From: Nitriliruptorales bacterium
GTDB lineage: Bacteria > Actinomycetota > Nitriliruptoria > Nitriliruptorales > JAHWKO01
DNA length: 64,000 nt
Reading direction: 5' to 3'
Assembly: GCA_046263195.1 (NCBI GenBank)
Contig: JBHELG010000033.1
Coordinates: forward strand, 4,364-68,363
The position numbers and the translations under genes were made by a program. Within the stretch, counting starts at the first letter, position 1. Each line of letters starts with the position of its first letter. The notes below the pieces were generated by a model. The model ran no database searches and had not been told where the DNA came from. It saw nothing but the letters and a program-made list of their open reading frames with translations. Below, piece after piece: positions 46,948-55,701 of this stretch.

Positions 46948-47148
46948 ATGATGGTGGGCACGGAGACGTCCCGGCACCTCACGCAGCCGAGCGAGGCGCG
47001 CTTCGAGCTGGACGCCGGCGTGCCATTCCTCCTGACCGCCCCCTTGCACGTCGAGGCGCTCCCGCATTCCCTGTCCGTCCAAGGCGTACGATGCGGTCCA
47101 CCCGAACAGCGGACAGCACCTTGGGCCGCATCACACTGCACGGCATAG
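46948..47148 (+). CDS. candidate small ORF in the folP-folB gap (hypothetical)
   Basis: 3' part of ORF 46552..47148. ATG at 46948 and 46951, GTG at 46954. 'MMVGTETSRHLTQPSEARFELDAGVPFLLTAPLHVEALPHSLSVQG' has ~43 of 45 codons ending in G/C. The same third positions are shared with a Cys/Ser/Arg-rich minus ORF (46908..47165) that I consider less likely. The 3' end overlaps the folB start. Confidence 0.3.
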   Translation: MMVGTETSRHLTQPSEARFELDAGVPFLLTAPLHVEALPHSLSVQGVRCGPPEQRTAPWAASHCTA

Positions 47149-47483
47149 AAGTCTGGGCCAACCATGGCATTCAGCCCGAGGAGCGCCTACGCGGCCAGCC
47201 ATTCCTCATCCACGTGACCATTGAGATGGACCTGTCCCAAGCGGCCGCCAGTGATGATCTGACCGCGACCATCGACTACGGGGTGCTCGCCGGGGAGATA
47301 GCCACCGCCGCCACTTCCGGCCCCTATCACCTGCTCGAGACCGTCGCCAGTCGCGTGCTCGACGTGGTACTCGCACACCCTCGCGTGACCGCGGCGGAGG
47401 TGACGATCGACAAGCCACATGCACCGCTCGATGTGCCCATCGCCGGCGTGAGCGTCACCATGCAACGCGAACGCGAGGGTTAG
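47091..47483 (+). CDS. folB: dihydroneopterin aldolase
   Basis: 3' part of ORF 46788..47483. ATG at 47091, with a TTG near 47118 also possible. 'ITLHGIEVWANHGIQPEERLRGQPFLIHVTIEMD' and 'DYGVLAGEI' are present. Confidence 0.85.
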   Translation: MRSTRTADSTLGRITLHGIEVWANHGIQPEERLRGQPFLIHVTIEMDLSQAAASDDLTATIDYGVLAGEIATAATSGPYHLLETVASRVLDVVLAHPRVTAAEVTIDKPHAPLDVPIAGVSVTMQREREG

Positions 47484-47486
47484 TCC

Positions 47487-48152
47487 ATGCCATCGTGGCC
47501 CGTCAGGATGCCGGGGTGGCGCCGCCGCCACCCGGTGACCACCTTCCTCGGACTCGGAAGCAACCTCGGTGACCGCCTCTCGAACCTCCAAACGGCCATC
47601 CGCGAACTCGACGAGCACGAGAACGTCGCCGTCGAAGCGGTCTCGGCCGTCTACGAGACCACGCCCGTCACGGGTGACCGACCCGAGTCCGACGAGGCGC
47701 GCCAGGAGCCCTACCTCAATCTCGTCGCGAGCGTGACGACAACCTTGGCTCCACAGGAGTTGCTCCAACTCGCTCACAGAGTCGAAGCGCGACATGGCCG
47801 CAATCGGGAGCGTGAAGCGCGCTGGGGGCCGCGCACTATCGACATCGACATTCTCCTCTACGACGATCTCACACTCGACCATCCTGACCTCACCATCCCC
47901 CATCCTCGGCTCACCGAGCGCGCCTTCGTGCTCGTCCCACTCGCGGAGGTGATGCCACCGGGCGCGAGACTGCCGGATGACACGACGGTAACGGGTCACC
48001 TCGCCCGACTCGCCCCGATCACCGGCGTCGATTTCCACGTCCGTCTCGTCGAGGGGCCGGGTACGAGCGCTGAACCGCTGAGGAGACGACCAGGGGGCCC
48101 CGTAGGCGGCGCGCCTCGGCTTGGATCGATGCATGCGGGGGGAGAGCAATGA
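47487..48152 (+). CDS. folK: 2-amino-4-hydroxy-6-hydroxymethyldihydropteridine diphosphokinase
   Basis: ORF track 221 aa. 'FLGLGSNLGDR', 'WGPRTIDIDILLY' and 'LTIPHPRLTERAFVLVPL' are present. Confidence 0.85.
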   Translation: MPSWPVRMPGWRRRHPVTTFLGLGSNLGDRLSNLQTAIRELDEHENVAVEAVSAVYETTPVTGDRPESDEARQEPYLNLVASVTTTLAPQELLQLAHRVEARHGRNREREARWGPRTIDIDILLYDDLTLDHPDLTIPHPRLTERAFVLVPLAEVMPPGARLPDDTTVTGHLARLAPITGVDFHVRLVEGPGTSAEPLRRRPGGPVGGAPRLGSMHAGGEQ

Positions 48153-49144
48153 TCGCCCAGCGCAGGGGGGACCAGCCGGGCAGCTGCGGGCGCCAGGGGA
48201 GAGACGCTCGAGCCCCCGGGGGACTGCCACCGGGCCGGGTCGCAATCATCGGCCCTGGCCGGCTCGGCACGGTTCTCGCGGCTGGGCTCGCCGAGGCCGG
48301 GCATACGATCGGCTCGGCCGGCGGAGGTGGCGAGGCCGCCCGGGCCCGCTTCCGCTCGCGATTTCCCGCCGCTGTGACCGTCGCAGACCCGGCCGCCGCG
48401 GTAGTCGGGGCCGACCTCGTCGTTGTCTCAACCCCTGACGACGCGGTTGAGTCCGTCGTCACCGCCTTGGTCCGAGGCGGCGCGATACACGCGGGACAGC
48501 GGGTCGTACATGTGGCGGGGTCGTTGGGCCTCGGGCCGCTGCGCCGCGCCGAGCTTTCAGGGGCCCGTGTCGCCGCCTGCCATCCCGCCCAGACCGTCCC
48601 GAACGTCGACGCTGCCCCCGACGTACTTCTGGGGGCCTCGTGGGCCGTCACCGCCTCGCACGACAACCGCGGCTGGGCGCACGCCTTCGTCACTCACCTC
48701 GGTGGCATTCCTCACGACGTCGCAGACGGCCGGCGGGCGCTCTACCACGCTGCCCTGGTGGTGGGGTCGAATGCGGTCGGCGCCGCCGTGTCGGTCGCTC
48801 GTCAGCTTCTACTCGCGGCCGGTAGCGACGAACCTGCCATTTTCCTCGCCGGGCTCACGCGCGAGAGCGTCGACAACGTGCTGGCCCGCGGGGCGGCGGC
48901 GATCACGGGACCGGTCGCGCGAGCCGACGTTGAGACGCTGCGACGCCATCTGGAGGCGCTCGAGGCGGAGATGCCCCTGCTCGCCCCCGCTTACCGGGCG
49001 CTGAGCTTGGTCATCCTCGGCCAGGTCCGGGCCCGGCTCGATCTCGAGGAGGCCCAAGCCGTCGAGGCTGCCCTCGCCTCCGATAGCGCCTCGTCCTGCT
49101 CACGGCCCACCAACTCAGGCCACAGCCAAACGGGAGAAGGGTAG
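48149..49144 (+). CDS. Rossmann-fold + DUF2520 protein (putative ketopantoate-reductase-like oxidoreductase)
   Basis: ORF track 331 aa. ATGA overlap with folK. 'VAIIGPGRLGTVLAAGL' is GxGxxG. Its position between folK and panC matches the conserved actinobacterial DUF2520 gene. Function is an inference. Confidence 0.65.
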   Translation: MIAQRRGDQPGSCGRQGRDARAPGGLPPGRVAIIGPGRLGTVLAAGLAEAGHTIGSAGGGGEAARARFRSRFPAAVTVADPAAAVVGADLVVVSTPDDAVESVVTALVRGGAIHAGQRVVHVAGSLGLGPLRRAELSGARVAACHPAQTVPNVDAAPDVLLGASWAVTASHDNRGWAHAFVTHLGGIPHDVADGRRALYHAALVVGSNAVGAAVSVARQLLLAAGSDEPAIFLAGLTRESVDNVLARGAAAITGPVARADVETLRRHLEALEAEMPLLAPAYRALSLVILGQVRARLDLEEAQAVEAALASDSASSCSRPTNSGHSQTGEG

Positions 49145-49146
49145 TC

Positions 49147-50259
49147 GTGGAGCGCACCGCCTACGCCTACGACCCTCGCTTCCTCCTTCACGATACGGGC
49201 ATGGACGAGGTCCGCCTCCCTTCGGGCCACGTCCTCGACCCAGACCCTCACCCCTCGAGCATGCGCATCATCCGCCGAACCGCCCAGCTCGTCGCGCATT
49301 CGGGCCTGCTCAGCGACCTCATCGAGCTGCCGGCCCGTCCCGCCTCGGAGGAACAGCTCGTGTTGTGCCACAGCCCGGGATACGTCGCCGAGGTGCGGCG
49401 CATAACGGAGGGAGGCGGGGGCCTGCTGCCCGGACGCATCCCGGTCACCCGCGGCTCCTGGGATGCGGCCCTGCTCGCGGCTGGCACCGCCGTCGCCCTC
49501 ACGAACGCGGTGCTCGACGGCATCGTCCAGCATGCGTTCGGGCTGGTACGACCACCAGGCCACCACGCCACCGCGACGAGCCCCATGGGCTACTGCATCT
49601 TCAACAACGTGGCGATCGCAGCTCGTCATGCCCGCCAGGAACGACACGTCCGCCGCGTCGCCATCATCGACTGGGACGTGCATCACGGCAACGGGACGCA
49701 GGAAACCTTCTGGAACGAACCCGACGTGCTGTTCTTGTCCCTGCACCAGGAGAACTGGTTCCCGGTCGGTTCGGGCTCGGCGGAGGAGGTAGGGGGGCCC
49801 GGCGCCGAGGGCACCACGGTGAACGTTCCACTTCCAGCGGGCACCGGCGACCGCTGTTACGCACGGGCACTCGACGAAATCGTCGCGCCGATCGTGCGCC
49901 AGTTCCGCCCGGAGCTCATTCTCGTCTCGGCAGGACAAGACGCGAGCATCGTCGACCCGCTCGGACGCATGGTTGTCACGAGCCAGGGCTTCCGAGAGAT
50001 GGCGTGCCGGGTCCGTGAGCTGGCGATCGAGGTGTGTGGCGGGCGGCTCGTGGTTCTGCAGGAGGGCGGCTACTCGCCCGGCTACACCCCGTTTTGCACG
50101 CTCGCGGTTCTCGAAGGCATCGCCGACGTTCGCACCGAGGTGGTCGACCCTGTGGTCGGCGGACGGACGCTCAAGAAGGTCACAGTCGAGCTGCGACGCG
50201 AGCAGGAGGAGGCGGTGGAGCACGCGAAGGGGGTGCAGTCGCCTTACTGGGACCTGTGA
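49147..50259 (+). CDS. histone-deacetylase-family amidohydrolase (AcuC/HDAC class II-like)
   Basis: ORF track 370 aa, GTG start 2 nt after the upstream TAG. 'RPPGHHA', 'IIDWDVHHGNGTQ' and 'GGYSPGY'-type 'QEGGYSPGY' are present. Confidence 0.85.
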   Translation: MERTAYAYDPRFLLHDTGMDEVRLPSGHVLDPDPHPSSMRIIRRTAQLVAHSGLLSDLIELPARPASEEQLVLCHSPGYVAEVRRITEGGGGLLPGRIPVTRGSWDAALLAAGTAVALTNAVLDGIVQHAFGLVRPPGHHATATSPMGYCIFNNVAIAARHARQERHVRRVAIIDWDVHHGNGTQETFWNEPDVLFLSLHQENWFPVGSGSAEEVGGPGAEGTTVNVPLPAGTGDRCYARALDEIVAPIVRQFRPELILVSAGQDASIVDPLGRMVVTSQGFREMACRVRELAIEVCGGRLVVLQEGGYSPGYTPFCTLAVLEGIADVRTEVVDPVVGGRTLKKVTVELRREQEEAVEHAKGVQSPYWDL

Positions 50260-51314
50260 AAAGGGTCCACACCGTGGCGCAGCTGCGGGCGACGGTTGCA
50301 GGTGTCCGGTCGCAGGGCGGGAGCGTCGCCCTCGTCCCGACCATGGGTGCGCTTCATGCCGGCCATCTCGCTCTCGTGCGAAGTGCCCGCGAATACGTCG
50401 GCGAAAGTGTGCAACGACCCGCCGTGGTCCCCAGTGGCACGACCGGGACCGGGTACGTGGTGGTGTCGATCTTCGTGAACCCCCTGCAATTCGCGCCGCA
50501 CGAGGACTACGAGCTCTATCCACGGGACCTCCTGACGGACGAGGCGAGGCTGGAGAGTCTCGCGGAATCCGCGCCTGATCTCGTCTACGCCCCGAGTCTG
50601 TCCGAGATGTACCCTCGTGCGCCCCTCACCACCGTATCGGTCGCCCAGCTCGGGCAGCGGATGGAAGGTGCTGCCCGGCCAGGTCACTTCGAGGGCGTAT
50701 GCCTCGTCGTGAGCAAGTTGCTCCACCAGGTCGAACCTGATCTGGTCTTGTTCGGGCGCAAGGACTACCAACAGCTCCAGGTCGTACGCCGCATGACCGG
50801 CGACCTGGACCTGCGAGCGAAGGTGATCGGGGTCCATACCGTCCGCGAGCCGGACGGGCTCGCCATGAGCAGCCGAAACGCTTTTCTCTCCGGAGCTGAT
50901 CGTCAGGCGGCCCGCTGCCTGTCGCAGGCCCTCGCCGCAGCAGTGAGGTCGGCCCACGAGACACGTGCCACGAAACAGGCGCCTGACCCCGAGGTGCTGC
51001 GTGCTACGACGCTCGCTACCATCCGCGACGAGCCACGTGCGCGTGTCGACTATGTCGAGGTCGCCGACCCCGACACGTTGGCACCCCCCGACGAGGAACG
51101 CGGGGAGGTTTCCAGCGAAGCCGGCCACGCGCGGGGCCCGACCGCGCCCACGCCGGAGCTTCGCGGAGAGCCGCACCGAGGACAGGAGCTTGTGACAACC
51201 GACCACCAGCTTCTCGTTGCCGTCGCCGTCCACATCGGCCAGACCAGGCTGATCGACAACGTGGTGGTCGGAGACCTCGAAGACGAGCGGCGCCTTCTCG
51301 AGGCGACAAGCTGA
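50256..51314 (+). CDS. panC: pantoate--beta-alanine ligase
   Basis: 3' 352 codons of ORF 50034..51314. GTGA overlap with the HDAC-like gene. '[16 protein letters not shown]', '[10 protein letters not shown]' and 'GLAMSSRN' are present. It carries two insertions relative to typical ~290-aa PanC. Confidence 0.9.
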   Translation: MKRVHTVAQLRATVAGVRSQGGSVALVPTMGALHAGHLALVRSAREYVGESVQRPAVVPSGTTGTGYVVVSIFVNPLQFAPHEDYELYPRDLLTDEARLESLAESAPDLVYAPSLSEMYPRAPLTTVSVAQLGQRMEGAARPGHFEGVCLVVSKLLHQVEPDLVLFGRKDYQQLQVVRRMTGDLDLRAKVIGVHTVREPDGLAMSSRNAFLSGADRQAARCLSQALAAAVRSAHETRATKQAPDPEVLRATTLATIRDEPRARVDYVEVADPDTLAPPDEERGEVSSEAGHARGPTAPTPELRGEPHRGQELVTTDHQLLVAVAVHIGQTRLIDNVVVGDLEDERRLLEATS

Positions 51315-51387
51315 CGCGCGGGGAGCTGCCCCGCCGGTTGGAACCGTCCCTCCGGGATGCCCGGAGCCGGAACGACACGGAGAAGCC

Positions 51388-51846
51388 ATGCGCCGCACCA
51401 TGATGAAGTCGAAGATCCATCGTGCAACGGCGACGGAAGCGAACCTTCACTACATGGGCTCGGTTACCCTCGACGCTGCACTCATGGAACAGGCCGATCT
51501 CTTGGCCTATGAGAAGGTTCAGGTCGTCAATCTCTCGAACGGAGCGCGGTTCGAGACCTACGCCATCGAAGGGAAGCGCGGCTCGGGCACGCTGACCCTG
51601 AACGGCGCCGCCGCTCGCCTGGTCCACCCCGGGGACGAGCTCATCCTCATCAGCTACGCGGAGTTCGAGGACGAGGAGGCGCGGCGGCACAACCCGACGG
51701 TTGTGTTCGTCGACGAATACAACCGTGTGACCCGAATCGGCAGCGAGGCCTCTGGGAGTGTAAAGGCCTGGGATTGGTCCCCCCAAGACCGCGACATGCT
51801 CGCCCACCCCGACGGTATGAGAGCCCAAGAGCCCGACTTGGGGTAG
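51388..51846 (+). CDS. panD: aspartate 1-decarboxylase
   Basis: ORF track 152 aa. '[25 protein letters not shown]' contains the self-processing G-S site. '[10 protein letters not shown]' is also present. Confidence 0.9.
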   Translation: MRRTMMKSKIHRATATEANLHYMGSVTLDAALMEQADLLAYEKVQVVNLSNGARFETYAIEGKRGSGTLTLNGAAARLVHPGDELILISYAEFEDEEARRHNPTVVFVDEYNRVTRIGSEASGSVKAWDWSPQDRDMLAHPDGMRAQEPDLG

Positions 51847-51950
51847 AGGTCGTAGTAACAGCCTTGGGAGCTGGAAGTCGTAGCAACGATCTCGACCTCG
51901 CAAGGTGGAGACTGGGAGCTGGAGGACGTGGTAACGGTCTTGGGCCTGTA
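51837..51950 (+). repeat. degenerate ~26-28-nt direct repeats (3-4 units) in the panD-nadC spacer
   Basis: Units start at 51837, 51863, 51912 and 51939 (partial). Each opens with C(T)TGGG and contains G[T/A]CGT[A/G]G[T/C]AAC[A/G] (51849..51863, 51877..51891, 51925..51939). TGGGAGCTGGA occurs twice (51865, 51913). Locally lower GC. Confidence 0.6.
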
Positions 51951-52036
51951 TGGCGGGAGGGCCTGAATAGGTGCGGTGGCGTAGGGAACGACACGATCAG
52001 GCCGGGCCCGACGTTCCCGAGGAGACGGCTAACAGC

Positions 52037-53215
52037 GTGATCCCACCGCGGTCGGCCCCACCGCACGTGCCAATCCGCCTCGCCCCGGAACTTCTCGCCC
52101 GAGACTGTCGCCGGGCGGTCGCACGGGCGCTCGCCGAGGATCTCGGTTCGGACGGTGACATCACCTCACATGCGTGCGTACCCGCCGGGATGCAGGGGGC
52201 CGCGAACGTCATCGCGCGAGGTCGGGGCGTCATTGCGGGGCTCACCGCAGTCAACGAGACGTTCGCTCAGGTGGACGACCGCGTCGTGGTGGTCACCGAG
52301 GTTTCTGACGGGGATGAAGTAGAGGCGGGGGCGGTTGTCGCCCGGGTACAAGGGCCCCTCCGCTCGATCCTCACTGCTGAGCGGACCGTGCTGAACCTCC
52401 TCGGTCATCTCTCCGGCATAGCCACGGTCACCCGAGCCTTCGTTGACCTCGTGCGCGACACCGGCTGTATCGTGCGGGACACCCGCAAGACTCTGCCCGG
52501 ACTACGCCTGCTCGAGAAGGCCGCGGTCATCGCCGGCGGAGGAATGAGCCACAGGATCGGCCTCCACGACGCCGTGCTGGTCAAGGACAGCCACATCGTC
52601 GCCACCGGGGGAGTCGGGGCTGCAACACGAAGCGCCCTTGCCCGGGCTGGCGACCGCCCTGTGCAGGTGGAGGTCACGACACCACAGGAGGTTGACGAGG
52701 CGATCGCGGCTGGGGCGAGAGACCTGCTCATCGACAACGTCAGCCCGGAGGAGTTTGGGCAGGTGGTCGCCGTCGTGGCAGGCCGGGCCGGCATCGAAGC
52801 CTCGGGCGGCATCACCCTCGCCAATGTCCGGTCCTACGCCGAAGCAGGCGCCGACCGGGTCGCGGTCGGAGCACTGACACATTCCGCACCGTGGCTCGAT
52901 GTCGCTCTCGAGCTGGACGGGACCTCGCTGCGATCTGCCTTCTCCGGGCTTGCTACCCAGGAGACCGGGACAGAGTTCAACGCTGACGAGGAGGAGATCG
53001 AGACGATCCTTGTCCCCGACCTCCAACCGCGCGAGCACGACCTGGCTCCTGTGGCCCCTGAACCGGATCCGGCGGGTCCGGTCACCCTGGTGGAGGACAT
53101 ACGTGAGGTACCTCTATCCGATTTGGAGGATCTGGACGAGGAGGACGTCTACGACGAGGAGGAGCCCGAACGCACAGGCGAGGAGGCCGATGGTCCCAAC
53201 CAGACGGCGGGCTGA
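52037..53215 (+). CDS. nadC: nicotinate-nucleotide diphosphorylase (quinolinate phosphoribosyltransferase) with ~100-aa acidic C-terminal tail
   Basis: Inside ORF 51971..53215. The start is uncertain (GTG at 51971, 52037 or 52067). 'ALAEDLGSDGDIT', 'RDTRKTLPGLR' and 'IEASGGITL' are present. The tail 'EFNADEEEIETILVPDL...DLEDLDEEDVYDEEEPERTGEEADG' has no NadC counterpart. Confidence 0.85.
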   Translation: MIPPRSAPPHVPIRLAPELLARDCRRAVARALAEDLGSDGDITSHACVPAGMQGAANVIARGRGVIAGLTAVNETFAQVDDRVVVVTEVSDGDEVEAGAVVARVQGPLRSILTAERTVLNLLGHLSGIATVTRAFVDLVRDTGCIVRDTRKTLPGLRLLEKAAVIAGGGMSHRIGLHDAVLVKDSHIVATGGVGAATRSALARAGDRPVQVEVTTPQEVDEAIAAGARDLLIDNVSPEEFGQVVAVVAGRAGIEASGGITLANVRSYAEAGADRVAVGALTHSAPWLDVALELDGTSLRSAFSGLATQETGTEFNADEEEIETILVPDLQPREHDLAPVAPEPDPAGPVTLVEDIREVPLSDLEDLDEEDVYDEEEPERTGEEADGPNQTAG

Positions 53216-53217
53216 GC

Positions 53218-53991
53218 GTGCTTCTTGCACTTGATGTCGGCAACTCCGAGACAGTGCTCGGAGTGTTCGACGACTCCGAACTCGTCGAACACTGGCGGGT
53301 CTCTACCCAGGCCAGCAGAACGCAGGATGAGCTCGCCCTGCTGTTCGCTGGTCTGCTCGGCTTTCGTGGCCTGTCATTCCCGCAGCACATACGGGGCGTC
53401 GTGATAGCGAGCGTGGTTCCGAGCCTGACCGAAACGCTGCGTGACATGGTCCGCCGCTACTGCAGGTTCGAGCCGGTCATCGTGGAGCCAGGTACCCGTA
53501 CCGGCATCGCAATCCGCATGGACAACCCGAGGGAGGTCGGAGCCGACAGGATCGTCAACGCGGTGGCCGCCCATGCCTTCTATGGAGGTCCCGCCATCGT
53601 CGTCGACTTTGGAACCGCGACCTCGTTCGATGCGGTCGGTCGCGACGGGGAGTTCCTCGGTGGTGCCATCGCGCCCGGCATACAGAGCTCGACCGATGCG
53701 CTCGTGTCACGAGCCGCCCGGCTGCCGAAGGTCGAGATCGTGGCTCCCAAGGCAGTGATCGGCACCTCCACGGTGACCGCCCTGCAATCGGGCATCGTGT
53801 TCGGCTTCGCCGGACAGGTTGATTCGATCGTCAAGCGCATGTCCGAGTCACTCGGCCGGGGGGTCACGACCGTGGCGACGGGAGGTCTTGCTTTCGCCGT
53901 CTTGCAGGCCTGCACGACGATCGACCACCACGACCCCTGGCTGACCCTGAAGGGACTGCGCATCATCTGGGAGCGAAACACCCGTGATTGA
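53218..53991 (+). CDS. coaX: type III pantothenate kinase
   Basis: ORF track 257 aa, GTG start. 'LLALDVGNSETV', 'GADRIVNAVAA' and 'VDFGTATSFD' are present. Confidence 0.9.
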   Translation: MLLALDVGNSETVLGVFDDSELVEHWRVSTQASRTQDELALLFAGLLGFRGLSFPQHIRGVVIASVVPSLTETLRDMVRRYCRFEPVIVEPGTRTGIAIRMDNPREVGADRIVNAVAAHAFYGGPAIVVDFGTATSFDAVGRDGEFLGGAIAPGIQSSTDALVSRAARLPKVEIVAPKAVIGTSTVTALQSGIVFGFAGQVDSIVKRMSESLGRGVTTVATGGLAFAVLQACTTIDHHDPWLTLKGLRIIWERNTRD

Positions 53992-55615
53992 TCGCACTCC
54001 GTCACACGGTACTCCTTCCCCTCAGCGCGGTCCCGGTCAAGCCAGTACCGCTCCTTCGCTCTCTCCCCCTACGACGGTGGAGCGCGCTTCGGAGGATCAC
54101 CGCCCACCTGAGGAGCAGCTCTCCGACACGGAGGAGGTGTCACGCTTCGCCGAGCTCACCGCCGCGCGTCGCGCGAAGGTCGTACGCATGCGGGAGCGAG
54201 GCATCGACCCCTACCCTGCGCGCTTTGCAACCACCCACAGCCTGGCCGAGGTTCGCGGCCGCTGGGGGTACCTGGCGCCAGGCAGCGAGTCCGGTGAGGA
54301 CGTCACCGTGGCCGGCCGGCTCGTGGCGAAGCGCGGCCACGGCAAGCTCCACTTCGCTGTGCTCAGGGAGGCAGGTGTCGACCTTCAGCTGTTCTGCGAC
54401 TTGACGATGCTCGGCAGCAACGGAATCGCGTTCCTCGAGGAACTCGATCTCGGCGACTGGGTGGGCGCCGAAGGTGAAGTCATGACCACCAGGCGGGGCG
54501 AGCTTTCCGTTCGAGCCTCCCACATCGTGCTCCTCGGGAAGGCGGTGCGGCCGCTCCCCGAGAAATACCATGGTCTACGCGACGTCGAGCAGCGCTATCG
54601 GCAGCGCGAGCTCGACCTCATCACGAACCCCGACAGTCGGCATGCCTTCCTCATCCGCTCGAAGGTCATCTCGGCGCTACGCCGCGGGCTCGAGGCCAAA
54701 GGCTTCGTCGAGGTCGAGACCCCGATGCTCCACCCGACTCCAGGCGGGGCCGCCGCCCGACCGTTCGTAACCCACCACAACACGCTCGACCTCGACCTCT
54801 ATCTGCGCATCGCACCAGAGCTCTACCTCAAGCGTCTCATCGTTGCAGGCTTCCCCCGCGTCTATGAGCTGAACCGGAGCTTCCGCAACGAAGGCATAAG
54901 CCCGCGCCACAATCCCGAGTTCACCATGCTCGAGGCCTACCAGGCCTACGCGGACTACCACGACATGATGGAGTTGACCGAGGAAATCGTACGGGCGACC
55001 ACGCATGAGGCGGTGGGGACGCTCGAGCTGAGTCATAACGGACGCCCTGTTTCCCTTGCAGGTCCCTGGCCTCGGCGCGATCTACTCGACCTCGTACAAG
55101 AGGGCACCGGCCGCGACGACGTCAACTACGACACACCGGTCAGGGAGCTTCGCGAGCTCTGCAGCGCTCACGGTGTCGCCTTCGAGCCGGCCTGGGGCTC
55201 CGGCAAGCTCGTCTCCGAGCTCTACGACAAGGTGGTCGAGCCGCAGCTGTGGGATCCCGTCTTCGTCATCGACCATCCAGTCGAAACCTCCCCACTTGCC
55301 CGCCGCCACCGCTCCAAATCTCACGCGGTAGAGCGCTTCGAACTCGTCGCCGCCGGCCGCGAGCTCGCGAACGCGTTCAGTGAGCTGACAGATCCCGACG
55401 ACCAGCGCTCGCGCTTCGAGGCTCAAGCAGCAGCCAGGGCAGCCGGTGACGAGGAAGCCATGGCGATCGACGAAACCTACCTCGCAGCGCTCGAGGTCGG
55501 CCTGCCACCCACGGGCGGCCTGGGACTCGGGGTGGACCGGTTCGTCATGTTGCTCGCCGATGCCGCCAGCATCCGCGACGTCATCCTCTTTCCGACCCTG
55601 CGCCCGAGCAGGTAG
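53984..55615 (+). CDS. lysS: lysine--tRNA ligase (class II)
   Basis: ORF track 543 aa. The GTG overlaps the coaX end by 8 nt. OB anticodon-binding region, then class II motifs 'FVEVETPML', 'RVYELNRSFRNEG' and 'GLGLGVDRFVMLL'. Confidence 0.9.
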   Translation: MIDRTPSHGTPSPQRGPGQASTAPSLSPPTTVERASEDHRPPEEQLSDTEEVSRFAELTAARRAKVVRMRERGIDPYPARFATTHSLAEVRGRWGYLAPGSESGEDVTVAGRLVAKRGHGKLHFAVLREAGVDLQLFCDLTMLGSNGIAFLEELDLGDWVGAEGEVMTTRRGELSVRASHIVLLGKAVRPLPEKYHGLRDVEQRYRQRELDLITNPDSRHAFLIRSKVISALRRGLEAKGFVEVETPMLHPTPGGAAARPFVTHHNTLDLDLYLRIAPELYLKRLIVAGFPRVYELNRSFRNEGISPRHNPEFTMLEAYQAYADYHDMMELTEEIVRATTHEAVGTLELSHNGRPVSLAGPWPRRDLLDLVQEGTGRDDVNYDTPVRELRELCSAHGVAFEPAWGSGKLVSELYDKVVEPQLWDPVFVIDHPVETSPLARRHRSKSHAVERFELVAAGRELANAFSELTDPDDQRSRFEAQAAARAAGDEEAMAIDETYLAALEVGLPPTGGLGLGVDRFVMLLADAASIRDVILFPTLRPSR

Positions 55616-55675
55616 CACCCCTTCCGCTTGTGACCCCAGTTGCTGCATTATCCTCTAGTAATGAAGTGAGTGAAT

Positions 55676-55701
55676 CTTTCGCTTCCAAACGGGAGCGAAA
55701 G
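55676..55701 (+). terminator. stem-loop 60 nt after lysS (CTTTCGCTTCC-AAAC-GGGAGCGAAAG)
   Basis: 11-bp stem (one G-T pair) with an AAAC loop. No U-tract, as is common in GC-rich actinobacteria. Confidence 0.4.
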
